A stretch of DNA of 64,000 bases, from positions 1-64,000 of IMG/VR virus record IMGVR_UViG_3300021425_000008; one strand, 5' to 3'. The first letter of the stretch is position 1; each line of letters begins with the position of its first letter. The DNA comes from a virus. The position numbers and the translations under genes are program-made. The notes under the pieces were generated by a model. It worked only from the letters and a program-made list of their open reading frames with translations. It was not told where the DNA came from and searched no databases. Shown one piece after another: positions 19,521 to 29,456 of this stretch.

Positions 19521-20104
19521 TGGCAACTCAACAAAACTATCATACAATTAGGTACGGTACTGCTGAGGGTGAGCTTAAATTTGGTCACATCACTCAAGAC
19601 AATCAAACGTCTGCAGTGATGTTGAGAAATGGTCATCATCCAACTCACTATATTACTCTAGATCAAACTGGTGCACCACATAGAAAACATGGAACAATCT
19701 GTCGTTCTCCTGGATCATTCCAGGTAACGGCGGGTGATAATATACCTCTGGGTTCCGATATACCTGGTGTATATGTTGAAGCAAGAAGTGGAGACATGAT
19801 TTTTAATTGTCCAAGTGGTAAGATAAAAATCATGGCTAAAAGTATTGATCTAATTGCTAGTGGTCATGATGGTAAAACAGGTATCATTCAAATTGATGCC
19901 AATGATAAAATCACCATGAAGGCACAAACCATTGATGCATCAGCTTCAGCAAGTCTTAAATTGTTCTCAGACAACACTGTAAATATGATTGCGAAAGGAA
20001 TCTTAGAAGTTTATGGTGGTTTGATTGACTTTGCTGATGGAGCTTGTAGTATCAAAGGATCGAAAGGTGGATCTTTAAACGAAATTAGAAATACGGCATT
20101 ATGA
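19520..20104 (+). CDS. gp5 C-terminal beta-helix-like spike protein
   Basis: Repeated I.I.A..I...A beta-strand pattern; follows gp5-N. Confidence 0.55.
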   Translation: MATQQNYHTIRYGTAEGELKFGHITQDNQTSAVMLRNGHHPTHYITLDQTGAPHRKHGTICRSPGSFQVTAGDNIPLGSDIPGVYVEARSGDMIFNCPSGKIKIMAKSIDLIASGHDGKTGIIQIDANDKITMKAQTIDASASASLKLFSDNTVNMIAKGILEVYGGLIDFADGACSIKGSKGGSLNEIRNTAL

Positions 20105-20967
20105 AGGTACCAGATTTAAAAGTAGGTAAAAGACTCTTTGTCGGAGAAGGACAACCCATTTCTTTGGGAATAGGTCCAACTGAAATACGTGGATCTGCAT
20201 ATATTGAAGGACCAGTAGTCACAGGAACTCCTCCATTCCCCTTTGTTTATGCAACACATATGGTTGGTCCATGTGCCAACTCCGATATGTTAGTACCACC
20301 AATTGTTCCTGGTGCTCTTGCAATCTTCCCAGGTGGTGGAGGGGGAAATAGTTCTCCTTATTCTGCTGCTGTAAGTGGTGGACAGGCTACATTTGGTAAT
20401 TTAGATACCAGTGGACATGTCGTTGCAGGTATTGACCTTAATGCTCAAGGTGATGTCCATTGTTATAATGCATTTGTAGCACCAAGACTTCATCAACTAT
20501 CGCTGAAGAAGGATCTTCCATTCGATATGCCACACCCCAACAAAAAGGGTTGGAGACTTCGCCATGTTTGTATTGAAGGTCCAGAGATTGCTGTTTACTG
20601 TAGAGGAAGAGTCCCTGCAGATGGAATCATCAATCTTCCAACTTTCTGGGATGGACTGGTTAATCCTGAGGACATGACAATCAGTCTCACTCCAATTGGA
20701 TGTTGGCAAGAATTGTTCGTCAAGGAGAAACGCTGGGGTAAACAAATTGTTGTTGCAAACAATGCTGGTGGTCCTATCAATGCAGACTATTATATTGTTG
20801 CACGTAGACTTGATGATGATCTTGTGGTAGAATATGAGGGTGAATCATATGAGGATTATCCTGGTGGAAACGAAGGATATTCATTCAACTTTGAAGCCAA
20901 TTATGTTGAAGGTTTAATTCGAGATATGGTCAATGAAAAAGTAGAAAAAATTGAGGAAGAAAAGTAA
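20101..20967 (+). CDS. virion protein with C-terminal chaperone-like domain
   Basis: FDMPHP.KKGWRLRH.CIEGPE..VY.RG domain shared with the next gene. Confidence 0.6.
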   Translation: MKVPDLKVGKRLFVGEGQPISLGIGPTEIRGSAYIEGPVVTGTPPFPFVYATHMVGPCANSDMLVPPIVPGALAIFPGGGGGNSSPYSAAVSGGQATFGNLDTSGHVVAGIDLNAQGDVHCYNAFVAPRLHQLSLKKDLPFDMPHPNKKGWRLRHVCIEGPEIAVYCRGRVPADGIINLPTFWDGLVNPEDMTISLTPIGCWQELFVKEKRWGKQIVVANNAGGPINADYYIVARRLDDDLVVEYEGESYEDYPGGNEGYSFNFEANYVEGLIRDMVNEKVEKIEEEK

Positions 20968-21584
20968 TGACAGAATTCGTTCCAGGTGCAATAGGACCAG
21001 GACCTGATTGTACAGATAATGCAGCATGGGGAACTCCCTCTACAATTATTCCTCAGTATATTGCAAAAGTTAAAGTTGAACCCGAAGAAAGTTACCCAGC
21101 GGGTGCTTGTCCACCATATTATTATTCCAACGCACAAATTGATAATTTGTTGGTCACAGGATCATGTGGGACAGCTAGTGTAACTAATTTCTTAGGGTTA
21201 TCGGTAACTGTTAGTGGCACAGTTACTGGTGCGGTTGGATCATTTGCATCAAAGACATTTAATATTCCACACCCATCACCAAATAAGAAAAAAACGCGTT
21301 TGGTGCATGGATGTCTTGAGGGTCCAGAGCATGGAGTATATGTCAGAGGTCGAGTCAGAAATACGACAGAGATTGAACTCCCAGATTATTGGAAGGATCT
21401 TGTGGATATTGATTCCATTACTGTAACTCTAACTCCTATTGGAGCACATCAAAACGTGATTGTAAAACGTTGGGATGATAAAAAGGTTTATCTACAGTCT
21501 GATGGTCTTCCGATTGATTGTTTCTATCAAGTTCATGCAACACGGAAGGACATTGATCCGTTGGTCATTGAGCAGCCAGAATAA
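20967..21584 (+). CDS. virion protein with C-terminal chaperone-like domain
   Basis: SKTFNIPHP...RLVHGCLEGPEHGVYVRG...LPDYW..LV...TVTLTPIG. Confidence 0.6.
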   Translation: MTEFVPGAIGPGPDCTDNAAWGTPSTIIPQYIAKVKVEPEESYPAGACPPYYYSNAQIDNLLVTGSCGTASVTNFLGLSVTVSGTVTGAVGSFASKTFNIPHPSPNKKKTRLVHGCLEGPEHGVYVRGRVRNTTEIELPDYWKDLVDIDSITVTLTPIGAHQNVIVKRWDDKKVYLQSDGLPIDCFYQVHATRKDIDPLVIEQPE

Positions 21585-21598
21585 CTGGCACACCGTAC

Positions 21599-21628
21599 TT
21601 GACAGGGGGTAGGGAGATCGTATATATT
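21599..21628 (+). promoter_or_regulatory. sigma70-like promoter with upstream AACTGGCAC box
   Basis: TTGACA at 21599; TATATT at 21623. Confidence 0.55.
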
Positions 21629-21651
21629 AGTATGGTAATCGATATTGATCC

Positions 21652-21882
21652 ATGTCTCGACCCCTACCCGATAGCTTCTACGCCAAAAATGACGAAGAAG
21701 AGTATCTGACCCGTATCGTCGTCGATGAGGCTCTGCTAAAGTTTTATTTGTACTCCAGTTATGGTGAAAAACAAGTCGTTGATTGCGACAACTTTGACGA
21801 ATATCTTACAGTGCTTGAGTTGATTCAACATGTTGTCGATGAAAATATCGTTGTTTATGCTGAACCCCCTGCTGAACTGTGA
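21652..21882 (+). CDS. hypothetical protein
   Basis: ORF track; downstream of promoter. Confidence 0.65.
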   Translation: MSRPLPDSFYAKNDEEEYLTRIVVDEALLKFYLYSSYGEKQVVDCDNFDEYLTVLELIQHVVDENIVVYAEPPAEL

Positions 21883-21930
21883 TCAATCATTCGTATAATC
21901 TGTATAAAGAAATTGTAGACTGTTACGACT

Positions 21931-22086
21931 ATGAGACCAGAAACCCGTCAATCTATGGAAATGTTATTCGAGGCGAAGTGGAATTTACCGAAAGCAGCGA
22001 GGAACTGCAATCTGACGGACAAGGAAATGAAGATCACGTTCAATGAATATTGTCGTCTAAACCCTGCCACTTGGGAAACTGAGTGA
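21931..22086 (+). CDS. small cyanophage hypothetical protein (51 aa)
   Basis: Manual translation MRPETRQSMEMLFEAKWNLPKAARNCNLT.KEMKITFNEYC. Confidence 0.65.
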   Translation: MRPETRQSMEMLFEAKWNLPKAARNCNLTDKEMKITFNEYCRLNPATWETE

Positions 22087-22143
22087 TTTTGGGCAGTCAA
22101 TGCTGCAGGGGTGTATTATTGAAGTAAGTCCCATGTTCAAAAT

Positions 22144-22229
22144 GGGCGTGTGCCGGAATTGGTCTACGGAACTGACTTAAAATCAGTCGGACTGTAAAGT
22201 CCTTGCGGGTTCAAGTCCCGCCATGCCCA
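22144..22229 (+). tRNA. trnL: tRNA-Leu(UAA), CCA not encoded
   Basis: Acceptor GGGCGTG/CATGCCC, anticodon arm ACTGA-CTTAAAA-TCAGT, long variable arm, T arm GCGGG-TTCAAGT-CCCGC. Confidence 0.95.
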
Positions 22230-22286
22230 CTGACTTGAATTGTATATGATTCTATATCAATCTATACTTACTAATACGAAACATAC

Positions 22287-22601
22287 ATGCCACTTACACC
22301 AACCAAATATGACAAAATATACGTCAAATCAAGAAACCCATACAAGACACCTGAACCTCAGATATATAATGATGAAAAGGAAATACAACTAAGATTGTAT
22401 TTTCGTTGCGAAAGCAGTCACTACACAAAACACATGAAAGTCAACTTCTGGTATTCCAATGATATGGAAGAATGGAGATGGACACTCACCTCCGACGAAG
22501 ATGTAACACTTCAAGAGAGTGGAAATCGTGAAAAACTTCGTGATGCTATGAATGATGTTGCCAATACAGTAGAGTATCTACTTGACAACGATATGATCTA
22601 A
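22287..22601 (+). CDS. hypothetical protein
   Basis: ORF track; may start at an internal ATG (MKVNFWYS...). Confidence 0.55.
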   Translation: MPLTPTKYDKIYVKSRNPYKTPEPQIYNDEKEIQLRLYFRCESSHYTKHMKVNFWYSNDMEEWRWTLTSDEDVTLQESGNREKLRDAMNDVANTVEYLLDNDMI

Positions 22602-22610
22602 TGTTATAAT
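22582..22610 (+). promoter_or_regulatory. perfect consensus sigma70 promoter
   Basis: TTGACA-17-TATAAT plus extended -10 TG. Confidence 0.85.
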
Positions 22611-22615
22611 GTAAG

Positions 22616-22673
22616 AGCCGTGTGAAGGACGCCCATTGTGGTAATCAACCTCCCTATAAGGGGAGGTTTTTTT
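22616..22673 (+). ncRNA. candidate ~58 nt small RNA
   Basis: Lies between a consensus promoter and a strong terminator; no ATG ORF. Confidence 0.55.
22647..22673 (+). terminator. intrinsic terminator
   Basis: AACCTCCCT-ATAA-GGGGAGGTT hairpin with T run. Confidence 0.85.
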
Positions 22674-22714
22674 ATGTAATAAATATCTAATAATAGATAT
22701 CGTGTGCAAGACAG

Positions 22715-25700
22715 ATGCCATTATCTCGCTTAGATAATTTTCTGAAGAATGTAAAAGGTAATATTCTTTATGTCGATCCTAACAACCTGGACGCGACAGA
22801 TGGTATTGAGAACCAAGGAAACTCAATGGCTCGTCCTTTCAAGACGATTCAAAGAGCTCTGATTGAAGCTGCTAGATTCTCATATCAGAAGGGAAAAGAT
22901 AACGATAGATTTGAAAAGACAACGATCTACTTAGCACCTGGTCCTCACCACATTGATAACAGACCAGGATGGATTCCTAATGGTGGTGCTTTTACTCTTA
23001 GGAGTGGTGTAACTTCAAGTGATTTTACAGCGTATAGTAATACAACTAATTTCGATATCTTTGATACAAATAATGACCTGTATAAGGTCAATAGTATTCA
23101 TGGTGGTGTAATCATTCCAAGGGGTGTATCGATTGTTGGTCAGGATCTGAGAAAGTGTGTCATCAGACCAATCTATGTTCCAAACCCAGAAAACAATCTG
23201 ATTGAAAGATCTGCGATTTTTAGAGTCACGGGTGGTTGTTATCTATATTCCTTCACCGTTAAGGACGCAGATACCAATAAGGTTTCTTATAAAGATTATA
23301 CAAATAATCCATTTAAACCCACGTTTTCACACCATAAACTGACTGCATTTGAATATGCTGATGGTAGAAATAATGTTAATATCAATGACGACTTCTTGAC
23401 ATATACAACTGATCGTACTGATCTCGACATGTATTATGAGAAGATCGGTATTGCTTATGGACCTGGTAGTGGACGTGAGATCACACCAGATTATCCGAAT
23501 GCAAATGTAGATATTAATCCTAAGATTGATGAATTTAGAATTGTTGGTCCAGTAGAAGGTTCAGTTGGTATCAACAGTATCAAGGCTGGAGATGGTGTGA
23601 CCGCATCTACAGTTATTGATGTTCAACTCACTGAAGGTATTTTTGGTCTTAACACCGATACTAATGTCATCATCAACAATGTAACTGATCCAAGATATAA
23701 TGGTACATTCCTTGTTACTGAGATTGTAAGTACAGATGTAAACGGTACCACAGGATTTAAGTACGAAGTTCCTAATGCTCCTGTTGATGCATTACCTAAT
23801 CCAACAGGATCAAGTATTGAACTTTCTACAGATACCGTAACATCTGCATCACCATATATCTTTAACGTATCCTTGAGATCAATCTTCGGTATGTGTGGTA
23901 TGCATGCTGATGGTAGTAAGGCTGATGGATTCAAATCCATGGTTGTTGCACAATACACTGGTGTTGGTCTTCAGGTAGATGACAAAGCTTTTGTAAAATA
24001 TAATTCAACTAGTGGAACCTTTGACGATTTCACAACTGTTCCAAATCTTCATACTGATATTGATGCAGTTTACAGACCAGATTATGCCAACTTCCACATC
24101 AAGGCATCGAACAACTCACTGATTCAGTTGGTTTCGATCTTTGCTATCGGTTATGCAAATCAATTTGTAGTTGAATCTGGTGGTGACTTCTCTGTCACAA
24201 ACTCAAACTCTAACTTCGGTCAGACTGCTCTGATATCCAGAGGATATAAAGATAATGTATTTGCACAGGACGATGTAGGTTATGTCACACAGATCATTCC
24301 TCCAAGAACACTGAAACCTGAAACTACAACGATTGAATTCTCATCTATTGACATTTCAAAAACCACCTCAGTAGCTAATACATCAAGACTTTATCTCTAC
24401 GAGGAGACAAATATTGATGAACCACCAGTCACCACAATTCAAGGTTATAGAGTTGGTGCAAAGAAAGATGATGAATTGAATGTCATCATTCCAGAGTCTG
24501 GTGTTCCTACGAACTTCCGTGCCAGAATTGTGATGGATGACACGGCCTATGCTACGAAGAAAATTTCTTCTAAGAAAATAGGAAGAGTTGGTAGAAACGT
24601 TTCTGCTGGTAATAGTATAACGAATAGCATTTTTACTCTGACTGAAGCACACCAGTTTATTCAAGGTGAATCTGTTCGAATCATTTCAAACGATGGTAGA
24701 TTACCAGATGGTCTTGAACACAATAAGGTTTACTTCTCGATTGTAGATGGACTTGGTAATGATCAGATTCAATTGGCTCAAACATTAAATGACTCTCTGA
24801 CGGGTAATAATATAAGTATTAACAATCTTGGCGATACCTTGATTATTGAAAGTAGAGTAAGTGATAAAATTGCTGGTGATATTGGTCACCCTGTTCAGTA
24901 TGATACTACCGAAAATCAGTGGTATGTCAATGTATCAGGTGCTTCAACAGAGAACAACATTTATTCTAAGGTAACTGCTGGTGGTTTAGGTGAAGCTTCA
25001 CCAAGAACATTCTTAGAGAGACAAGTTGATACGCGACAGTCATCCGATAGAATTCACCAGGTTAGATTTGTTATTCCATCAACAACTGGATCTGATTCCG
25101 CAAGACCACCACTCGATAGTTATGTTCTTCAAGAATCTGGTGATGTAAATGGTGCAACCAATACTGAGGTAGCACTTGAGTTTAACCCAGGCTCTGTTAC
25201 CATGAGCAATGATGCTCAACTAAGAAACTTTAGATTTATTGCTGGTGTTGATTATAGAGGAGGTATTGCATACTTTGATACAGAGAAACCTCACGGTCTT
25301 TCGATCGGTTCAACCATAGAAATCAACAATGTTACTAGTACCAACTTCCCAACTGTTGGTGTAGGCAACTCTGGTTATAACGGTATATATGAAGTCACGG
25401 GTATTTCGAGTGCAAAGACATTCTCTGTAAATCAGATCTATACTGACCCTGGTACATTTACTAACAATACATCACAGAGAACAACATCTCTCCCAACATT
25501 TAAGAAGAAAAATCTTCCTGGTAATTATCAGTGTTATGATGTTACAACCATCAATGAATACAAAAATGGTGAGCAAGACGGTATTTACTATCTGAGTCTT
25601 GTTAATTCTGATGTAAAACCATCAGTCTCACCATTTAACACTAAAGACTTTAGTTTCCAACAACCAGTTAGAAATCTTTATCCACAGTTAGATAGAGATA

Positions 25701-27613
25701 ATCCTACATCTCAGGCGGATTCGTCAACATGTTATGCTATCCCAGATAATATTGGCGAAGTAAAAATTAATGATCCTCAAAAGAGTATCACTGGAGAAAC
25801 TCTTGAGCAACTTTTGGATGAAACGGGTATTGGTGTCGGTGTTACTGGTATCATTTCCAATAATGTTGGTACGGCATATACGATCTTCACTGAACATGAT
25901 CACGGTTTGAATAGAATCACGAGACCTGTTATCGATAACCCAGGTGCAGGTTATGGTGATGGTTCTACTACCATCCAGTATTACTATAATGCAAAACTTG
26001 AGAACATTAGTGCTGGTTCGATCGGTAGAAACGCAACTGCATTGGTTACTGTAGATGGTACTTCATCAGGTGAAATCATTGACATCGCTATCATGGATGG
26101 TGGTAGTGCTTATGTTGAAGGTGGTACGTTCAGAGTTGTTGGTATTGCAACGACCACTGGATTTACTGTTGCTACTGGTTCAGTCAATAGAATCTTAGAT
26201 AACAGAAACGATACCATTAATATTAGTGGCATCAATGACTACGACGGAAAGAGATATAATGGTCAATATAGAATTACATCAATATCAGGAATCAAAGAAT
26301 TTGAGGTTGAGTTTCTTGGTGCGGAATCTCCAGGCATTTCAACCACTGGACTTGGACCTGGTATTGTCGGAGGTGGTTCATTCTCTATCAATGGTCCTTC
26401 TTACGATACCGCAAGTTTTGTTTACAACAGAAATGTTGGTCTTGCAACAATCACCACGGACTATGCGAATAGTTTCCGTGTAAACAATGGCGTAAGAATC
26501 AGTGGTGCAGCATCAACATTCTTCAATGGAGTGTTTGCTTGTGTCGATAAGATTGGTTTAACCACTGTTGTGTTGAATGTTGGTGTCAATACTGTCACTC
26601 CATCCACATCTGGTACCATCAGAATTCATCCTGCAGGTATCTACACCAATGATGGTGATCTTGTAATAAGAAATGGTAGACTTCATGGTCGAGAAACTTC
26701 AATCTATGCTGGTATTTCTACAAATATCACAGGAGCAATCACCAGTAAGACCACCGACACGATCAATGTTGTTAACATGGCGAATTATGCATTCCAGATC
26801 GGTGACTTCATTCAAATTGATGATGAGATCATGAGAATCAAGACGACACCAAGTAGAACCGCAACTGATACTGAACTGAAAGTCTTTAGGGGTGTATTTG
26901 GTACGATTGCAGACACTCATGTTGATGGTGCTACTATCAATAGAGTAAGATTCTACCCTCTTGAGTTTAGAAGAAATTCTATCATTCGTGCATCTGCTCA
27001 TACGTTTGAATATATTGGTTATGGTCCAGGTAATTATTCCACTGCATTCCCAAGTAAACAGACAAAACAATTGACACTTGAGGAACAGATTAATGTACAG
27101 TCACAAGCGATTGGTGGTGGTGTTGTAAACTACACTGGCATGAATGACAGAGGTGACTTCTACATTGGTAACAAGAGAATTGCATCGAACACTGGTAGAG
27201 AACAAGTTTATGACACACCAGTTCAAACGATTACAGGTGAAGACCCCTATACAATTGGTTCTAAGAATGAGACATCTGAGTTTAATTATGTTGAAGGTTC
27301 TGTTCTGAAAGTTGCAAGAAACTTCGTTGTTGATGGTGGGGACTCCCGTGATATCCTGTCACAATTTAATGGTCCCGTACAATTCTCACAGAAGGTAACG
27401 AATACATCAGATGAAGGATTTGAAGCAAATAGCATGTTCCTTCAAGGTAATGCATCTGTTTCTAGAAAAATTACTGTTGGTATCTCAACACCATCAAATG
27501 CTGGTAACCCTGGTGACGTTGTATTCAATGCGAACCCAGCAAATGGTGGTTATGTTGGTTGGGTCTATACAACTAATAATGAATGGAAGACATTCGGAGA
27601 TATCAGTAGTTGA
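22715..27613 (+). CDS. large virion structural protein (1632 aa)
   Basis: PFKTIQRAL..A, IPRGVSIVG.DLRK, VSIFAIG, TNSNSNFG beta-helix-type motifs; ATAAATA late promoter at 22679. Confidence 0.8.
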   Translation: MPLSRLDNFLKNVKGNILYVDPNNLDATDGIENQGNSMARPFKTIQRALIEAARFSYQKGKDNDRFEKTTIYLAPGPHHIDNRPGWIPNGGAFTLRSGVTSSDFTAYSNTTNFDIFDTNNDLYKVNSIHGGVIIPRGVSIVGQDLRKCVIRPIYVPNPENNLIERSAIFRVTGGCYLYSFTVKDADTNKVSYKDYTNNPFKPTFSHHKLTAFEYADGRNNVNINDDFLTYTTDRTDLDMYYEKIGIAYGPGSGREITPDYPNANVDINPKIDEFRIVGPVEGSVGINSIKAGDGVTASTVIDVQLTEGIFGLNTDTNVIINNVTDPRYNGTFLVTEIVSTDVNGTTGFKYEVPNAPVDALPNPTGSSIELSTDTVTSASPYIFNVSLRSIFGMCGMHADGSKADGFKSMVVAQYTGVGLQVDDKAFVKYNSTSGTFDDFTTVPNLHTDIDAVYRPDYANFHIKASNNSLIQLVSIFAIGYANQFVVESGGDFSVTNSNSNFGQTALISRGYKDNVFAQDDVGYVTQIIPPRTLKPETTTIEFSSIDISKTTSVANTSRLYLYEETNIDEPPVTTIQGYRVGAKKDDELNVIIPESGVPTNFRARIVMDDTAYATKKISSKKIGRVGRNVSAGNSITNSIFTLTEAHQFIQGESVRIISNDGRLPDGLEHNKVYFSIVDGLGNDQIQLAQTLNDSLTGNNISINNLGDTLIIESRVSDKIAGDIGHPVQYDTTENQWYVNVSGASTENNIYSKVTAGGLGEASPRTFLERQVDTRQSSDRIHQVRFVIPSTTGSDSARPPLDSYVLQESGDVNGATNTEVALEFNPGSVTMSNDAQLRNFRFIAGVDYRGGIAYFDTEKPHGLSIGSTIEINNVTSTNFPTVGVGNSGYNGIYEVTGISSAKTFSVNQIYTDPGTFTNNTSQRTTSLPTFKKKNLPGNYQCYDVTTINEYKNGEQDGIYYLSLVNSDVKPSVSPFNTKDFSFQQPVRNLYPQLDRDNPTSQADSSTCYAIPDNIGEVKINDPQKSITGETLEQLLDETGIGVGVTGIISNNVGTAYTIFTEHDHGLNRITRPVIDNPGAGYGDGSTTIQYYYNAKLENISAGSIGRNATALVTVDGTSSGEIIDIAIMDGGSAYVEGGTFRVVGIATTTGFTVATGSVNRILDNRNDTINISGINDYDGKRYNGQYRITSISGIKEFEVEFLGAESPGISTTGLGPGIVGGGSFSINGPSYDTASFVYNRNVGLATITTDYANSFRVNNGVRISGAASTFFNGVFACVDKIGLTTVVLNVGVNTVTPSTSGTIRIHPAGIYTNDGDLVIRNGRLHGRETSIYAGISTNITGAITSKTTDTINVVNMANYAFQIGDFIQIDDEIMRIKTTPSRTATDTELKVFRGVFGTIADTHVDGATINRVRFYPLEFRRNSIIRASAHTFEYIGYGPGNYSTAFPSKQTKQLTLEEQINVQSQAIGGGVVNYTGMNDRGDFYIGNKRIASNTGREQVYDTPVQTITGEDPYTIGSKNETSEFNYVEGSVLKVARNFVVDGGDSRDILSQFNGPVQFSQKVTNTSDEGFEANSMFLQGNASVSRKITVGISTPSNAGNPGDVVFNANPANGGYVGWVYTTNNEWKTFGDISS

Positions 27614-27638
27614 TTTATTCTGAAATTTGATCTATAAT
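27610..27638 (+). promoter_or_regulatory. sigma70-like promoter for oxygenase trio
   Basis: TTGATT-17-TATAAT. Confidence 0.6.
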
Positions 27639-27659
27639 TTTGGTATGTGATATCTGAAT

Positions 27660-28289
27660 ATGAGTAATATTGAATACATTCCTTTATTTCCTCAACTCGT
27701 TACCAGGACTGACACTAACCCTGAGTTCCTAGAATTCAGGGATCAGTTCATTGACTATGCGTATGAACTTAAGTCAAAATCTCCTGGTATTTCGAGATCA
27801 AATAAAAGGGGATGGCACTCATCTACAAGTATCATTAATGACGACGATTTTTCAGAGTGTGTTGGTTTTCTAGAAAAATATATTGCACAAACTGTTAACA
27901 CATTATTCAAAAATACCACCAAGGTCAAGATTGATAGTTGTTGGTTGAATATAAACAATGAAGAAAGTGAGAATGTTGTACATACTCATCCTGGATGTCA
28001 TTTATCTGGATGTTTATGGATTAAAAGCACGAAGGATAGTGGTCAATTAAAGATATACAGTGAACATGAATTTAATCATCACTTTTTACATGAATCATAT
28101 ACTGACAATATATTTCACGAGTTCTATACCTCCCCACGTTATTTTTTCAAACCAACCGAGGGACATATGGTCATGTTCCCATCAGATTTAAGACACTCTG
28201 TTTTTCAAAATAACGATCCATATGATAGAATTTCATTAGCATTTAATATTACTGTTCGACCACCTATAACTGAAGATGACAAATCTTGA
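27660..28289 (+). CDS. 2OG-Fe(II) oxygenase (TIGR02466-like)
   Basis: W.NIN, HTHP..HLSG..W, FPS.L.H.V, RIS.AFN. Confidence 0.85.
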   Translation: MSNIEYIPLFPQLVTRTDTNPEFLEFRDQFIDYAYELKSKSPGISRSNKRGWHSSTSIINDDDFSECVGFLEKYIAQTVNTLFKNTTKVKIDSCWLNINNEESENVVHTHPGCHLSGCLWIKSTKDSGQLKIYSEHEFNHHFLHESYTDNIFHEFYTSPRYFFKPTEGHMVMFPSDLRHSVFQNNDPYDRISLAFNITVRPPITEDDKS

Positions 28290-28881
28290 ATATCCAATAG
28301 TTATTGATAATATTCTACCTCTGAAAAATTTCTTTGCGATAAGGGACGAGTTTAAGTATAGTGGGTGGACACTGACAAACAAATCTTTGCCCACGGATGA
28401 TTATCATTCATGGGGTTGGACAAAAACAATTAACAGAGCGAATTTGTTGTGTATGTATGATGCTGCTGGTATCATCAAACTCAAGATACAAAAATATATC
28501 AAACAAAATTTGACATATATCAGATCACATGTGAACGGACAAACAAGTGGTCAAGTGTCTAAATTTCATGTTGATTATGAAAGTTCAGGTACATACACAG
28601 TCGTTGTATTTACTGAGAAAAATTGGGATACGCAGTGGGGTGGAGAGTTTGTCTTCCACAATAAAGACAAAAATGAATACAATTACACCACATATATACC
28701 AAATAGAGGTGTTTTAGTACCAGCAAACTATGAACATTATGGTACTTCCCCAAATCCATCAACACAAAATTTGAGAACCTCAGTGGCATTCTCATATTGT
28801 ACAGATGACAGTTTTGAAGCTGTCTATGATTTTAGTAAAGAAGTTCGTTATTTTATTGGACCATCACATCGTGGATATTAA
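28276..28881 (+). CDS. 2OG-Fe(II) oxygenase
   Basis: NGQT.GQ...FHVD, WGGE, PNRGVL.P....H, R.SVAF. Confidence 0.85.
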   Translation: MTNLEYPIVIDNILPLKNFFAIRDEFKYSGWTLTNKSLPTDDYHSWGWTKTINRANLLCMYDAAGIIKLKIQKYIKQNLTYIRSHVNGQTSGQVSKFHVDYESSGTYTVVVFTEKNWDTQWGGEFVFHNKDKNEYNYTTYIPNRGVLVPANYEHYGTSPNPSTQNLRTSVAFSYCTDDSFEAVYDFSKEVRYFIGPSHRGY

Positions 28882-29416
28882 AATTATTGATGATTTTTTC
28901 TCAGATACTATTCATAAGCAAGTTTGGGAATATCTTCATCCTACAAAACCAATATGGTCATTAACGGGAGGGTCAAGTCAACCAAATTCTTATACATTCT
29001 GGCATGTAGATGATCTTGAAAATGAAGAATACTTTTCTGGATTCTTGTTCAAAAAAATTATTGAAAATCTTGGTGAAAAATACAGTGATTATAATTTTCT
29101 AAGAATATATGCTAATGGTCAAACCGCAGGTCAATCGGGAAACGTTCATCCCGATGATGGTGATGTAACTTTTTTATATTATCCAATGCCCACATGGATC
29201 TATCAATGGGGTGGAGAACTAATTTTTTGTGACTCTTTGAAGGAAATGAATTACGAACTCGACGAACGAGCTGTTGAGTCACAAAGAGTAGTTAGAGTAA
29301 GACCAAACAGGGCAGTTCTATTCCCAGCAAAAATTTTACATCATGCAACTTCTCCAAATAGATATTTCAATAACTTGAGAGTGTCTTTGGCTTATAAACT
29401 GATTGCTCCCTCTTAA
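28871..29416 (+). CDS. 2OG-Fe(II) oxygenase
   Basis: YANGQT.GQ.G.VHPD, WGGE, PNRAVLFP..ILH, R.SLAYK; probable GTG start at 28871. Confidence 0.85.
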   Translation: MDIKIIDDFFSDTIHKQVWEYLHPTKPIWSLTGGSSQPNSYTFWHVDDLENEEYFSGFLFKKIIENLGEKYSDYNFLRIYANGQTAGQSGNVHPDDGDVTFLYYPMPTWIYQWGGELIFCDSLKEMNYELDERAVESQRVVRVRPNRAVLFPAKILHHATSPNRYFNNLRVSLAYKLIAPS

Positions 29417-29456
29417 TAAATAATAATAAAAATTACGTGGGGGAGAGTGAACCCAA

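Noticed and set aside
22087-22143. Second or degenerate tRNA upstream of tRNA-Leu
   Set aside because: Contains GTTCAA, but no acceptor, anticodon or T stems could be paired
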